Assembly (NCBI GenBank): GCA_012270865.1
Contig: JAAXHL010000056.1
Coordinates: 26,292-90,291, forward strand
Direction of reading: 5' to 3'
DNA from: Candidatus Poribacteria bacterium
GTDB taxonomy: Bacteria > Poribacteria > WGA-4E > WGA-3G
DNA: 64,000 nt
Shown here: positions 1 through 9,618 of the stretch, one piece after another
Layout of the letters: every line of letters begins with the position of its first letter
Numbering within the stretch: the first letter of the stretch is position 1
Translations under genes and position numbers: made by a program
The notes under the pieces: model-generated
The model's input: the letters and a program-made list of their open reading frames with translations, nothing else
What the model was told of the DNA's origin: nothing
Databases searched by the model: none

Positions 1-1353
1 CTATGGGAATACGAGATGGGGGGTAGACTCGACCTCAAGACGGTCACAGGATATTTTGGCGAGGAGACGATCGTCGCTATCTATCAGCGCGACGGCGGAT
101 TAACTTTCCTCCTTATCACTGCCGTCGGTGGACCAGAGAAGCTGAGTATCGAAGCGATGACGGCAACAGATGCGATTAATCCAAAATATAAACGCATCCA
201 AAACGAGTATGGCGAATTCACGATCAACACGATTATTGGGTACCCACTCGATTTCAGTTATACCTTCATCGGGCGAATCGGGGTCTTAAGCTTGAATCCA
301 ATGTTGTTGATAGAGGTGCTTGATCTTTACAATGCGGGTCTACCAGATGCGAAAACGGAAGACAAAAAAGATGGATTCCTCACCAAACACCCGATGACGA
401 CAGAGATTCAGGAAAACTACCGTCAGGACAAAAGTACCGGATATGTAGATTTGGCGCAACTCCGGTCTGTATGGGGTGATACCGATTCAAACGCACTCGT
501 TCAACAGATTTTTGGAAGAAAAATGTTTGAGGAGACGGAATCCTGGACGTTCAGCAACCGATATGAAGATGGTGTGATTGTTTCACGGCACTCTCTCCAC
601 AAACGGACGGGCACCAACCCAATAAGCCCACCAACTGGCGATGATCCAAAACCGTCCCTCGCTTTTCCAGAACGGACTGCTTTGGTCGCCACGCTCCCGC
701 TCCCGAATCAGCAGATACAAGAAAGTTTTGGTAATATCGATTTTTCCGAAGTATTGGGAACAGATATGACAGTTCTGTTGGTCGCGCCTGAACCTGACGA
801 AACAGCGGTGGTGCCTTCGTTGGTACTGCTCACGCATACGAAAATGCCTGACGCATTAAAGGCGATATTGGACATCGTGAAACAGAGCGAAATTTCTATC
901 GCTGGCAAACCGCTTAAATTTCTTGAACCACAAGATTACAACGGTGTCACTGTCCATCCCGTACAACTCCGTCTCAATTTTCTGCTGGCAGTGACGGGTG
1001 GATATGCAATCGTGAACGACGCTTTCGTTTTTAGCACAACAATAGCAGGGTTAAAGTCGGTCATTGATGCAGCCACCGGCAAAACGCCTACTTTATCCGA
1101 TACAGCGTTCTCAACAGAGGCGAACGGCGCTGAACTATTTATACAACCGGAACTGCTTGTGCCAGAGTTGAAACGGTTTCTACCCTTGGCGACGATATTG
1201 TTCTCTCTTTCTGGTCAGGAACTGGACGCAACGTTGACACGACGAATCACAGAAAATCTGTTTCCGTTAGAATCCCTCGGTCCGATTTCTGCCGAGATGA
1301 ATTTCAGTGAGCCTCGCGTAGATACTGAGGTTCGGATTGTTCTGGAAAAATAA
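1..1353 (+). CDS. hypothetical protein, possibly 5'-truncated at the window edge
   Basis: ORF track 16..1353 (445 aa). The frame stays open back to base 1, so the true start may lie upstream. No family motif recognised with confidence. Confidence 0.55.
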   Translation, partial: LWEYEMGGRLDLKTVTGYFGEETIVAIYQRDGGLTFLLITAVGGPEKLSIEAMTATDAINPKYKRIQNEYGEFTINTIIGYPLDFSYTFIGRIGVLSLNPMLLIEVLDLYNAGLPDAKTEDKKDGFLTKHPMTTEIQENYRQDKSTGYVDLAQLRSVWGDTDSNALVQQIFGRKMFEETESWTFSNRYEDGVIVSRHSLHKRTGTNPISPPTGDDPKPSLAFPERTALVATLPLPNQQIQESFGNIDFSEVLGTDMTVLLVAPEPDETAVVPSLVLLTHTKMPDALKAILDIVKQSEISIAGKPLKFLEPQDYNGVTVHPVQLRLNFLLAVTGGYAIVNDAFVFSTTIAGLKSVIDAATGKTPTLSDTAFSTEANGAELFIQPELLVPELKRFLPLATILFSLSGQELDATLTRRITENLFPLESLGPISAEMNFSEPRVDTEVRIVLEK

Positions 1354-1438
1354 AGGAGTTCTACAGCGGAAGGCTTGCAAATTTTTAACCCCGAACTCGA
1401 TTCACAACAGAGACTCACAGATTGGATAGATTAACAAA

Positions 1439-2530
1439 ATGGACACAAACTTTTCTATAGCAAGTTCCGGCTTGCAAGCTGCGCCGAAAGTCGGTATCGG
1501 TATCATAAGTTTTGCACACGGACACGCCAACGCCTACTGCCATCGGATGCAGACGTTTGATGATGTTCGACTCGTCGCCTGTTGGGACGATAATGTTGAA
1601 CGCGGTGAGACCGCCGCAGGACAATACGGCATGGATTACTCGCCGCATCTCGAAGATGTCGTCAACCACCCTGATATTCACGCTGTCATCGTGACCTGCG
1701 AAACGAATCGGCACGCTGAGATGGTAGAAGCGGCAGCATCGGAACGGAAACATATCCTCTGTCAGAAGCCGATGGCACTGACGTTAGAAGATTGCGATCG
1801 GATTGCGGCGGTCGTAGAGAAGACCGGCGTTAAGTTTATGATGGGATACCAGATGCGACGCGACCCGGCGAACATTGCAATGAAAGAACTCATTGATAGT
1901 GGTGTGCTCGGTAAAATCGGTGTACTGCGCCGCCGACACTGTATCAATGTGTTGTTCAACGAGGCATTTGTAACAGGTCCCAGCCGGTGGCATATCGACC
2001 CAGAAAAGAATATGGGGATGTTCATGGACGATGCCTCCCATGCGACCGATTTTATCCACTGGATGCTCGGTAAACCGACGAGCGTTATCGCCGAAATTGA
2101 TAACATTTTGACAGATGTTTCACCCGACGATACGGGGTTGGCTGTCTATAGGTTCGCGGGTGGTGAGATGGCGATTTTGCTGAATACGTCCGTAACGCTT
2201 GCCGGTGAAAATACGACCGAAATCTACGGCGATCAAGGTGTGGTCATACAGAACTACGGGGACGCGCCGTCGTGTAATATTCCGCGTCCGGCAGATGCCG
2301 TTGCGGTTAAGTTGTATACACGCGATGAACCGTCATGGAAGGACTTAGGTATTCCGATACCGAAGGGTCATGGAGAACGGCTTGCAGAGGTGCCGCGTCC
2401 GTTTATTGATTGCATAAAGAATGACACTGCACCGGATGTTACGGTGGAAGATGGACGTGTTTCGGTGGAGATGGTGTTGGGAGCATATCGTTCCGCAGAA
2501 GAGGGACGACGCGTTACGTTCCCGCTCTAA
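1439..2530 (+). CDS. Gfo/Idh/MocA family oxidoreductase
   Basis: 363 aa. N-terminal Rossmann-like segment VGIGIISFAHGHANAY and an EKP-type motif (LCQKPMAL) typical of the family. Confidence 0.85.
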   Translation: MDTNFSIASSGLQAAPKVGIGIISFAHGHANAYCHRMQTFDDVRLVACWDDNVERGETAAGQYGMDYSPHLEDVVNHPDIHAVIVTCETNRHAEMVEAAASERKHILCQKPMALTLEDCDRIAAVVEKTGVKFMMGYQMRRDPANIAMKELIDSGVLGKIGVLRRRHCINVLFNEAFVTGPSRWHIDPEKNMGMFMDDASHATDFIHWMLGKPTSVIAEIDNILTDVSPDDTGLAVYRFAGGEMAILLNTSVTLAGENTTEIYGDQGVVIQNYGDAPSCNIPRPADAVAVKLYTRDEPSWKDLGIPIPKGHGERLAEVPRPFIDCIKNDTAPDVTVEDGRVSVEMVLGAYRSAEEGRRVTFPL

Positions 2531-2545
2531 AAAGAAGACGCTTTT

Positions 2546-3280
2546 TCAAGGGCTGTTTCGGCGCATGATGCTGAGGATTTGACCTGTCATACCGGTCGCA
2601 GGCGGTTGCGTCGCGAGGAAAAGTGCGGAGGCGATAACCTGCTCCGGTGCTTTCCATGGATCGCTTTGCGCCCTGAAAGTTCCTGAGTTCTCCCACGCCG
2701 GTTTTGAAAGTTCCGTTTTCACGGGACCGGGAATGAGGACATTCGCAATGATACCGTCTTCCCACACCTCTTCGGCGATCGACTGCGTTAATCCGTGCAG
2801 CGCCGCTTTCGAGGCACAATAGACGCTGAGGTTAGAGCGTCCGACTTGTCCCATACCGGAACCGACGTTAATGATATTGCCGCTCCCCTGCTGTTTCATA
2901 ACTGACAAAGCGGCACGACAGCAGTACACAACACCCATCACATTAATCTGCCATCCCTGTTCCCACTCCGCATCTGTAGCCTCTAAGAACGGACCCCTCG
3001 GATTGACACCTGCGTTATTGACGAGGATATCTATCCGTCCAAAGTGGTCAACGGTTTTCTGAATGAGGTTTTCCACCTCCGAACGGACGCGTACATCGGT
3101 TGGCAGAGCAAGGACTTCACCGTCGTTTGCCTCGATTTCTGCGACGACTTCATCGAGTTGGGTGGTATTACGGGCAGCGATGACGACGCGCGCGCCTTCG
3201 GCTGCATAAGCGATGGCGATGGCTCTGCCGATACCGCGTCCGCCACCTGTGACGATAGCGACTTTGTCTTTGAGTTGCAT
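2546..3280 (-). CDS. SDR family oxidoreductase (FabG-like)
   Basis: 244 aa. TGGGRGIG cofactor motif, NNAG, and catalytic YCASK (YxxxK). Confidence 0.9.
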   Translation of the reverse strand: MQLKDKVAIVTGGGRGIGRAIAIAYAAEGARVVIAARNTTQLDEVVAEIEANDGEVLALPTDVRVRSEVENLIQKTVDHFGRIDILVNNAGVNPRGPFLEATDAEWEQGWQINVMGVVYCCRAALSVMKQQGSGNIINVGSGMGQVGRSNLSVYCASKAALHGLTQSIAEEVWEDGIIANVLIPGPVKTELSKPAWENSGTFRAQSDPWKAPEQVIASALFLATQPPATGMTGQILSIMRRNSP

Positions 3281-3306
3281 GCTCGGTTCCTTTTAACGTT
3301 GTAAGG

Positions 3307-4122
3307 TCAGTGTGTGCGGTGCCACATATTTATCAGCCGCGTTAGATACGTGCGACCCGCTTTGACTTTCCGCTCCAAATCTTTTGCGAGCCCAGAGAGT
3401 AGGTCTGTCCCGGTTTTCTTTGCGTTTTCTACCTGTTGCTTCAATTGGTAGGTGCGTTCGGTCTTGATTCGGTTTATTTCTAAACGCAAATCACTTGCTG
3501 CACGGTTGAGACTTCGGAGTTCCGCCTGTAAAGTCGCCCGTTTTTCAGGGGCTGTTTTTTCGGAGATATGTGGCTCTGTTTCTCCGAGGCTTAACCGCTC
3601 AAGGGTCTGAATATCCTGCTCGTGATATGCCCGATTGATAAGCGGCATCATCTGCTCTCGTTTCTGCTGTCCTTCAGCATCAACGGTTTTGTCGGGGTGG
3701 TACCGTTTCGCAAGTTTACGATAGAGGTTTTGCAGGTGTTTCGCTTTAGAAGGCGGGAGTTGCTCCACTTCGGGTGTTGACTCTGATTCATCTATTTCTT
3801 CGTATGCGTCAACACGGGCGCGGCTTGTTCTGAAGCAAGCCGCCACGCGTGCCTCTATCTCTTCCTCGCTGATGTTTTCCCGTCGCAGCTGCAGCCGTAA
3901 CCGATATTCCTGTGTTTCGAGTTCAACTTTATCAAGTTCGAGGTAATAGTGGCTGATATGCGCATTATAGCGACGCTGAAAGACATCAACTTCCGACTTG
4001 AGTTCTTCGACTGTTACCGTGAGTTCCTCTACCTGCTCCCGTTTTACTGCAATAGCATCGAGTAGCCGAGCGGCTTCCTTTTCATCAGCACTATTAATAT
4101 GAACTAAGGCAGCAGGTTTCAT
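3307..4122 (-). CDS. J-domain (DnaJ-like) protein with coiled-coil N-terminal half
   Basis: 271 aa. HPD motif in LYRKLAKRYHPDK, flanked by heptad-like charged segments. Confidence 0.75.
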   Translation of the reverse strand: MKPAALVHINSADEKEAARLLDAIAVKREQVEELTVTVEELKSEVDVFQRRYNAHISHYYLELDKVELETQEYRLRLQLRRENISEEEIEARVAACFRTSRARVDAYEEIDESESTPEVEQLPPSKAKHLQNLYRKLAKRYHPDKTVDAEGQQKREQMMPLINRAYHEQDIQTLERLSLGETEPHISEKTAPEKRATLQAELRSLNRAASDLRLEINRIKTERTYQLKQQVENAKKTGTDLLSGLAKDLERKVKAGRTYLTRLINMWHRTH

Positions 4123-4209
4123 AGGAAATTCCCCAACAGTATTGCGGAAATGGTCGGCACGTTTGGAAAGTAAGCCGTATCAACCGAACCGATAAGCCTA
4201 CCTAAGAAA

Positions 4210-4578
4210 TTACCGTTTCCGATAGGTAATACGTCCCCGCGTGAGATCGTAAGGCGATAGTTCAACGGTCACCTTATCTCCCGGCGAAATTTTGATAAAA
4301 AACTTCCGCATCCTGCCGGAGATATGCGCAAGGATCTGATGTTTATTATCGAGTTCCACTCGGAACATCGCATTCGGTAAAGGTTCTACAACGGTACCTT
4401 CGACCTCTATTTTATCGCTTTTAGAAGGCGTTGTTTCCTGTTTTTCGGTTTCAGACTCAACATCAAGATTGTCATCAACATCCGTGCGCTGTTTAGGTTG
4501 GGGCTTCCGCTTCGTGCGCGACGAGTTCGCGTTTCGCGGTCGGGACTTGCGTTTATTTCCTGAAGGTTTGCGATTCAC
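4210..4578 (-). CDS. infA: translation initiation factor IF-1 with a ~50-aa basic/acidic N-terminal extension
   Basis: The C-terminal 72 aa match the IF-1 S1 fold ([22 protein letters not shown]...[15 protein letters not shown]). GTG start preceded by AAAGGAG 9 nt upstream. Confidence 0.9.
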   Translation of the reverse strand: MNRKPSGNKRKSRPRNANSSRTKRKPQPKQRTDVDDNLDVESETEKQETTPSKSDKIEVEGTVVEPLPNAMFRVELDNKHQILAHISGRMRKFFIKISPGDKVTVELSPYDLTRGRITYRKR

Positions 4579-4602
4579 AGTATAAATCTCCTTTAAAGGG
4601 GT

Positions 4603-4679
4603 AGGTTATAGGTGATAGGTTATAAGTTAAGAGGGAATCCCTAAGAATTTCCGACCTCTCTTCCTTATAACTTATAACT
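4603..4679 (-). repeat. GTTATAAG-word imperfect palindrome (family shared with 46264..46345)
   Basis: Left arm ggttataggtgataggttataagttaagagg, right arm cctctcttccttataacttataac, central GGGAATCCC. Lies just downstream of the minus-strand cinA-like gene. Confidence 0.7.
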
Positions 4680-4687
4680 CAAATATG

Positions 4688-5479
4688 TTATGCTTCTTCA
4701 AGACTAAAATGTTTTCCGGTTTCAACGACGAGTTCACGGAAATAGTCGGTCGCGAGTTGGAGTTGTGTCTCCGCATCCGCTTTATCCGCGCTTGTCGAGA
4801 CGAGGTCTACCGGCATCATATTTGTATCCGCATTGCGGAGTGAAACATACGCCTTTAGATAGACATCAGGGTGGTGTTCCATCACCTTTTGCATGAGTGG
4901 TGAAACTTCGGCTTCAAACATACTGACATAGACCCGCGCGGTGGTAATCTCTGCGCGGTAGCGTTCAGCAATCAACGGTTGGATATAGGTTTCAAAGATC
5001 GCTTTCATCTCGCGCGGCGGTCCCGGCATCATCATGAGCGTCGTGTCTTGATATTCAACGCTGATACACGGTGCCCAACCTGCGGGGTTCTGCAAGGCGG
5101 TGGCAGATTCTGGTATCATCGCCATTTTTGTGAGTGCTTCGTTGAGCGGATCGTTCTCTGACATCTCGCGCCGCTTCCGAAAGTCTGCGAGGGTCTCTTC
5201 GCTCACTACAGGCTTTGTGCCGATGAGAGATGCGACGACTGCGACAGTCATATCGTCGGGTGTCGGTCCAAGTCCACCTGTTGTTAGGATAAGCGATGTT
5301 TCACGCTCGATAGCGGACTCGAGTGCCTCGTACATCTCCTCGGCATCGTCGCGTAACATCGTTACACGCCGTAATTCGCCACCGATCTGAAGAATCTGCT
5401 GTGCAATCCAGTGGGCATTCGTATCCTGAATCTGTCCAAGTACTAACTCCGTTCCGATTGAGAAGAGTTCAATTGCCAC
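4688..5479 (-). CDS. CinA-family / MoCF-biosynthesis domain protein (no PncC deamidase domain)
   Basis: 263 aa. IGTELVLGQIQDTNAHWIA and TTGGLGPTPDD motifs of the CinA N-terminal domain. Confidence 0.8.
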   Translation of the reverse strand: MAIELFSIGTELVLGQIQDTNAHWIAQQILQIGGELRRVTMLRDDAEEMYEALESAIERETSLILTTGGLGPTPDDMTVAVVASLIGTKPVVSEETLADFRKRREMSENDPLNEALTKMAMIPESATALQNPAGWAPCISVEYQDTTLMMMPGPPREMKAIFETYIQPLIAERYRAEITTARVYVSMFEAEVSPLMQKVMEHHPDVYLKAYVSLRNADTNMMPVDLVSTSADKADAETQLQLATDYFRELVVETGKHFSLEEA

Positions 5480-5491
5480 ACGCGCCTCCTT

Positions 5492-6547
5492 TTATAAGAC
5501 CTGCTTAAGAAACTCAAATGCGCCGATACCGTAGAAACTGTGTCCCGCTTCAAACGCCTCAAACCCTAATTTGGCATCAGCGTCAAAACGGTTGAAAATC
5601 GTTTTCGCTTCGTTGACAGCAAATCGGGTGGCATCAATTGGAAAGATGGTATCTTCCGTACCGGACTCCACGAATAGTGCACGGGGTGCGATCAATCCAG
5701 CGATGTCATACATCTCAGCATATTGTAACACATTTGGGATGTAGTTGTCTATACAATGACTCAAACTGAGGATACTATCTCGGAACGTGTTGAAATACCC
5801 GCTTACGACAGCAGCCTTGATGCGTGTATCAATCGCTGCGGTGAAGAAGGTTGTCGTCCCGCCGCCAGAGATGCCCATTATCCCGAGGCGGTTCATATCC
5901 ACCTCAGAACGGGTTGAGAGATAATCGAATGCGCGCATTGCATCATAGACTCGCCAACCTACCATCGTGTGTCCTAAGAGGAGTGCGGCACCGGCACTCG
6001 GTTGGCACGAAGATGCGCCGCCCCCTTTCTGTCGAGCAGCACCATCGCGTCGATGACCGAACCCGAACTGCTCAATGGCAAGCACGGTGTAGCCGTGTGC
6101 GACGCACTGGAGCGCGAAGTCGTTCTGATAACCGCCAAATTCTGAGCGCATGCTGCCGTCTTCTTCAATGCCGACGATGTCATCTACGCCGCGCCCGTGT
6201 CCCGCTAAACAGAGGATCGCAGCGTTTGGTGTCGCGCCGTTAAGATGCTTCGGCGAGAGGAAGTACCCGAAAACAGTCGAATGCGGACGACTCGTGAACT
6301 GCACGGTCTCACGGGTATAGGTCTCGAAGTCGTGCGTCTCCAAGACTTCCGGTTCTAAATCGCACGGCTCCTGTGGGAAATCGCCGACCAATTCGGTCAG
6401 TTTTGCCCGCAATTCGCGTTGCCACGCTTCCGCCTCATCCACAGTGGTCGCCTGAAACGCCAATTGACGCGGTATCTCGGCGTATAACTGGTGCGTAAAT
6501 GCTAAGGTATCTCTTTCGTGTTCGTGATGCATCGGTTCTGCCTTCAA
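5492..6547 (-). CDS. alpha/beta hydrolase (dienelactone hydrolase / acetyl-xylan-esterase-like)
   Basis: 351 aa. Nucleophile elbow GISGGG and late His (EAGHSF). Confidence 0.75.
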   Translation of the reverse strand: MKAEPMHHEHERDTLAFTHQLYAEIPRQLAFQATTVDEAEAWQRELRAKLTELVGDFPQEPCDLEPEVLETHDFETYTRETVQFTSRPHSTVFGYFLSPKHLNGATPNAAILCLAGHGRGVDDIVGIEEDGSMRSEFGGYQNDFALQCVAHGYTVLAIEQFGFGHRRDGAARQKGGGASSCQPSAGAALLLGHTMVGWRVYDAMRAFDYLSTRSEVDMNRLGIMGISGGGTTTFFTAAIDTRIKAAVVSGYFNTFRDSILSLSHCIDNYIPNVLQYAEMYDIAGLIAPRALFVESGTEDTIFPIDATRFAVNEAKTIFNRFDADAKLGFEAFEAGHSFYGIGAFEFLKQVL

Positions 6548-6567
6548 AAGTTTTCCGATTCGCGGCG

Positions 6568-7818
6568 TTATCGGTTCAACAGATTCAAAACGAGACCGGT
6601 CGCCATCTTCGGATAGAAATAGGTAGATTTCTGTGGCATGATAGAACCTGCCATAGCGACTTCCAAGACCTGCTCAACAGGTGTCGGATTCATGAGGAGC
6701 GCGACGCGTCCTGCCCCACTTTTGACGTGCGCAACAGCATCGTCCGTATAAGCGGTGTAGCTGATATGATCCGCTAACGTCTCAACTTGGAACATCTCCT
6801 TGATAAGCGTTTCTTGAACAAGCATTACGTCTAATTGCCCTGGTGCCGTTGTGCGCGGTATTAATAAACGGTACTTATCGTCTGCGGTATACAAGCCGAC
6901 GGCTGGCGATTTTCCGCGTCGTGCCTCTAATTGTGCCATAAGTGCCGCTTGTGTGTCAAGTTCATGGACATCAAACACTTCCGGCAGTTTGGTGACGGCG
7001 TGGGTGATACTGTCAGGACTCAGGTTATCCAAGAGCCGATGGATCGCCAAAACTGCCAGTCCGGGGGATTCCATCCGGACGAGGTTCACCATCATATAGC
7101 CGTATCCTTGTAATCCGGTGTGCGCCATCTCCTCTTGGAAAGCGAGTGCGGTTTCATAACGGTGATGTCCATCGGCAATGAGGAGCGGTCTTTCGGAAAA
7201 GAGGGTTTGAATTTCGGTGTTCCGTTCGGCATCGTCTAAACACCACAACCGGTGTGTGCTTCCGAACCGTTCTTCAGAATCGACTTCGGGTGCGTGTTCG
7301 TCGGTGAAACTTTCCATAATCCGTTCGACGTCACCCTCGGCATCTGCGTAGAGGAGGAAGATAGGACTAAGGTTTGCGTGGCACTGACGCATAAGGTTGA
7401 GCCGGTCGATTTTCGGTCCGGCATGCGTCTTCTCGTGGGGTAAGACGATACGATTTTCAAAAGGTTGGAGTTTCACGAGTCCGATCAAAGCACGGCGTGT
7501 ATAGTCTTTTCCATCCGGTGCGTTGAATGACTGGTCGTAGATGTAATAGCGCGGCGTTGCGTCGCGTTGGAGGGTGTCGTCTGCTATCCACTGGTTCATC
7601 AGTGTCGCAGCGCGCGTGTATCGGTTCTCGTCATCGGTGTCATCATCATGCGGCTGGCTTAGGATTAATCGGATGATGTTGGCAGGGTGACGCGCCTCTA
7701 AAGCGGTCTGTTCTTCGGCTTTAATGACATCGTACGGCGGTGCTATAACGTCCGCGAGTCGATCAATCTTGGCTGCGTTATAGCGTAAGCCGCGAAACGG
7801 AATAACTGTCGTTTCCAT
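6568..7818 (-). CDS. DUF1015 domain-containing protein
   Basis: 416 aa. N-terminus PFRGLRYN...VIAPPYDVI and ADGHHRYETA motif characteristic of DUF1015. Confidence 0.85.
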   Translation of the reverse strand: METTVIPFRGLRYNAAKIDRLADVIAPPYDVIKAEEQTALEARHPANIIRLILSQPHDDDTDDENRYTRAATLMNQWIADDTLQRDATPRYYIYDQSFNAPDGKDYTRRALIGLVKLQPFENRIVLPHEKTHAGPKIDRLNLMRQCHANLSPIFLLYADAEGDVERIMESFTDEHAPEVDSEERFGSTHRLWCLDDAERNTEIQTLFSERPLLIADGHHRYETALAFQEEMAHTGLQGYGYMMVNLVRMESPGLAVLAIHRLLDNLSPDSITHAVTKLPEVFDVHELDTQAALMAQLEARRGKSPAVGLYTADDKYRLLIPRTTAPGQLDVMLVQETLIKEMFQVETLADHISYTAYTDDAVAHVKSGAGRVALLMNPTPVEQVLEVAMAGSIMPQKSTYFYPKMATGLVLNLLNR

Positions 7819-7827
7819 ATTTTTAAA

Positions 7828-7959
7828 CTATTGTTTCTGAGCTGCTGCGTCCGTTGTCCTTGCAGTCTTCCAATTATTAAGAAACTGTTCATGACCTGAA
7901 GCAAGTTTCTTAACAATTTTAGATCCGTGTTGACGACAGAAATGCCGCCCAGATGTAAT
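7828..7959 (-). CDS. candidate 43-aa basic small protein with AUU start (speculative)
   Basis: Not in the ORF track. AAGGAGG, then 7 nt, then ATT, opening a 43-codon frame (ITSGRHFCRQHGSKIVKKLASGHEQFLNNWKTARTTDAAAQKQ) between the cysteine synthase and DUF1015 genes. Confidence 0.25.
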   Translation of the reverse strand: MTSGRHFCRQHGSKIVKKLASGHEQFLNNWKTARTTDAAAQKQ

Positions 7960-7980
7960 AGTTGGACCTCCTTGGGTTAG

Positions 7981-8910
7981 TTAATCCCATAATCTTGTGC
8001 TGAAGTAGCGTTCGCCGAGGTCGTTAAAGACGGTAACGATAACGCCTTCCTGAATTTCTTGTGCGACTTTATATACGCCATAAAGGTAACCGCCGGAGGA
8101 TTGTCCAACGAACCAACCGCGTTGCGCGAGCCGTTTACACATCTCGTAAGCGTCTTCAATCGTTGTCGGGATGCGGTCATCAATCACCGATTCATCCAAA
8201 ATTGCTGGCACAATATTCTCTGGGTCTCCGAGCGGTTTGAGTCCTTCAATACCGGGGAACACCTCTGGTGAAATAGAGCAGATTTGGATGTCTGGATTGT
8301 AGTTTTTGAGCCGCCTGCCGACACCTGTAATGGTGCCGCCGGTACCTACACCGGCAACGAAGTGCGTAACCTTTCCACCCGTTTGGTTCCAGATTTCGAC
8401 ACCGGTGGTCTCATAGTGCGCCAGCCAATTGTTCTCATTGTCGTATTGCGAGTTGAAAAAATATCGGTCAGGTTGCGCTTCATAGCGTCGATCCACTTCT
8501 CGGAGTGCTTCATCGTAGCCGAGGAGCGCGTCGGTATGGATGATGTCTGCGCCGTGTGATCGGATCCGCTTTATCCGTTCTTCGCTGGCGTTGTCTGGAA
8601 TTACGAGTTCAACTTTGTAGCCGAGGGTCGCGCCTATCATCGCATAAGCGATCGCGGCGTTGCCGGAGCTGGAATCGAGGATAACCTTTTCGTGTGTGAG
8701 TTCGCCTGTAGCGATCGCCTCCGTGATCATTCTTAAGACCGGTCGGTCTTTAATCGAGCCACCGGGGTTATAGGTTTCCACTTTCGCATAGATGTCAACA
8801 TTCGGCAACTCGTCTGCGAAGAGGTCTATCTTCGCGAGGGGTGTCTGTCCTATTATTTGGAGCAGTGGATGTTCTGAGATGTCCACCTTTTCAGGCTTTC
8901 GCATGCTCAT
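7981..8910 (-). CDS. cysteine synthase family PLP enzyme (CysK/CysM-like)
   Basis: 309 aa. PLP-lysine motif GGSIKDRP, SSGNAAIAYA, GVGTGGTITG loop. Confidence 0.9.
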   Translation of the reverse strand: MSMRKPEKVDISEHPLLQIIGQTPLAKIDLFADELPNVDIYAKVETYNPGGSIKDRPVLRMITEAIATGELTHEKVILDSSSGNAAIAYAMIGATLGYKVELVIPDNASEERIKRIRSHGADIIHTDALLGYDEALREVDRRYEAQPDRYFFNSQYDNENNWLAHYETTGVEIWNQTGGKVTHFVAGVGTGGTITGVGRRLKNYNPDIQICSISPEVFPGIEGLKPLGDPENIVPAILDESVIDDRIPTTIEDAYEMCKRLAQRGWFVGQSSGGYLYGVYKVAQEIQEGVIVTVFNDLGERYFSTRLWD

Positions 8911-8952
8911 GTAGTGTTGTTTTATCCTACCTTTTCTATACTTTCGTAAGGA

Positions 8953-9564
8953 TCAAAATCTTTTTACCTGTTCTCGAAGTAAACGTTCCATGTAATCCTT
9001 CGCTTGATCGTCGGTTAATTCGCCGTTGAGGATCGGTACGACTTCAAATTCTGCTAACCGGACGGTCGGATTCAGTCCGTGTAGGGGTGGCAGCCAATCG
9101 CGGAACGTATCGAAGAAGGCACGTTGTGCGGTGCGACCGTTTGGATACGGGAAATCGGCAGTAGGTCGTCGGAAACGCGCCGGTCCCTTTGCGAGTGCTG
9201 CGATATGGTGTTGTTGACAGAAGCCTTCGTATTTCCGCGGTGTATAAGCAAGTGGAACATCCTCCGGATAGAACTGAAAGGTCCGTTCCCGATATTCCGT
9301 GAAATGCTGCAGTTCGTCAAACTCAAAGATAAAATGATACGGTTCAGGAAAATAGGCGTCAGGAATCAGGTAGCCGTCGGCTTTTGCTTTTGTGCCTTCC
9401 CAATCACCGTCAAGTTCTGTGTAGAGTGCCATCACAGCATCGTAGTGTTCCCCAAAATTTTCAGGACTCGGTTTGTTACGGAGCCACTGAAATTGGGCGC
9501 GGCGGTCTGCTTCTACGCCGAAAACTGTCTCTACCAATGCGATGATGCCTACCTCTAACCGCAT
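8953..9564 (-). CDS. hypothetical protein (weak PD-(D/E)XK/Vsr-like string)
   Basis: 203 aa. PDAYF...FIFEFDELQHF resembles nuclease-fold motifs, but the family was not recognised. Confidence 0.6.
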   Translation of the reverse strand: MRLEVGIIALVETVFGVEADRRAQFQWLRNKPSPENFGEHYDAVMALYTELDGDWEGTKAKADGYLIPDAYFPEPYHFIFEFDELQHFTEYRERTFQFYPEDVPLAYTPRKYEGFCQQHHIAALAKGPARFRRPTADFPYPNGRTAQRAFFDTFRDWLPPLHGLNPTVRLAEFEVVPILNGELTDDQAKDYMERLLREQVKRF

Positions 9565-9618
9565 GAAAAACCTTGGACGTTTTCTGTTGTGCCTGTCATG
9601 CTGGAATTTCGTACCGTT

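Noticed and set aside
7981-7983. Stop-codon read-through or recoding of the TAA at the cysteine synthase (and at 54723), because open frames continue in phase.
   Set aside because: TAA ends many well-defined genes in this window at the expected family lengths. The in-phase continuation is better explained by chance, a small downstream ORF, or gene decay.
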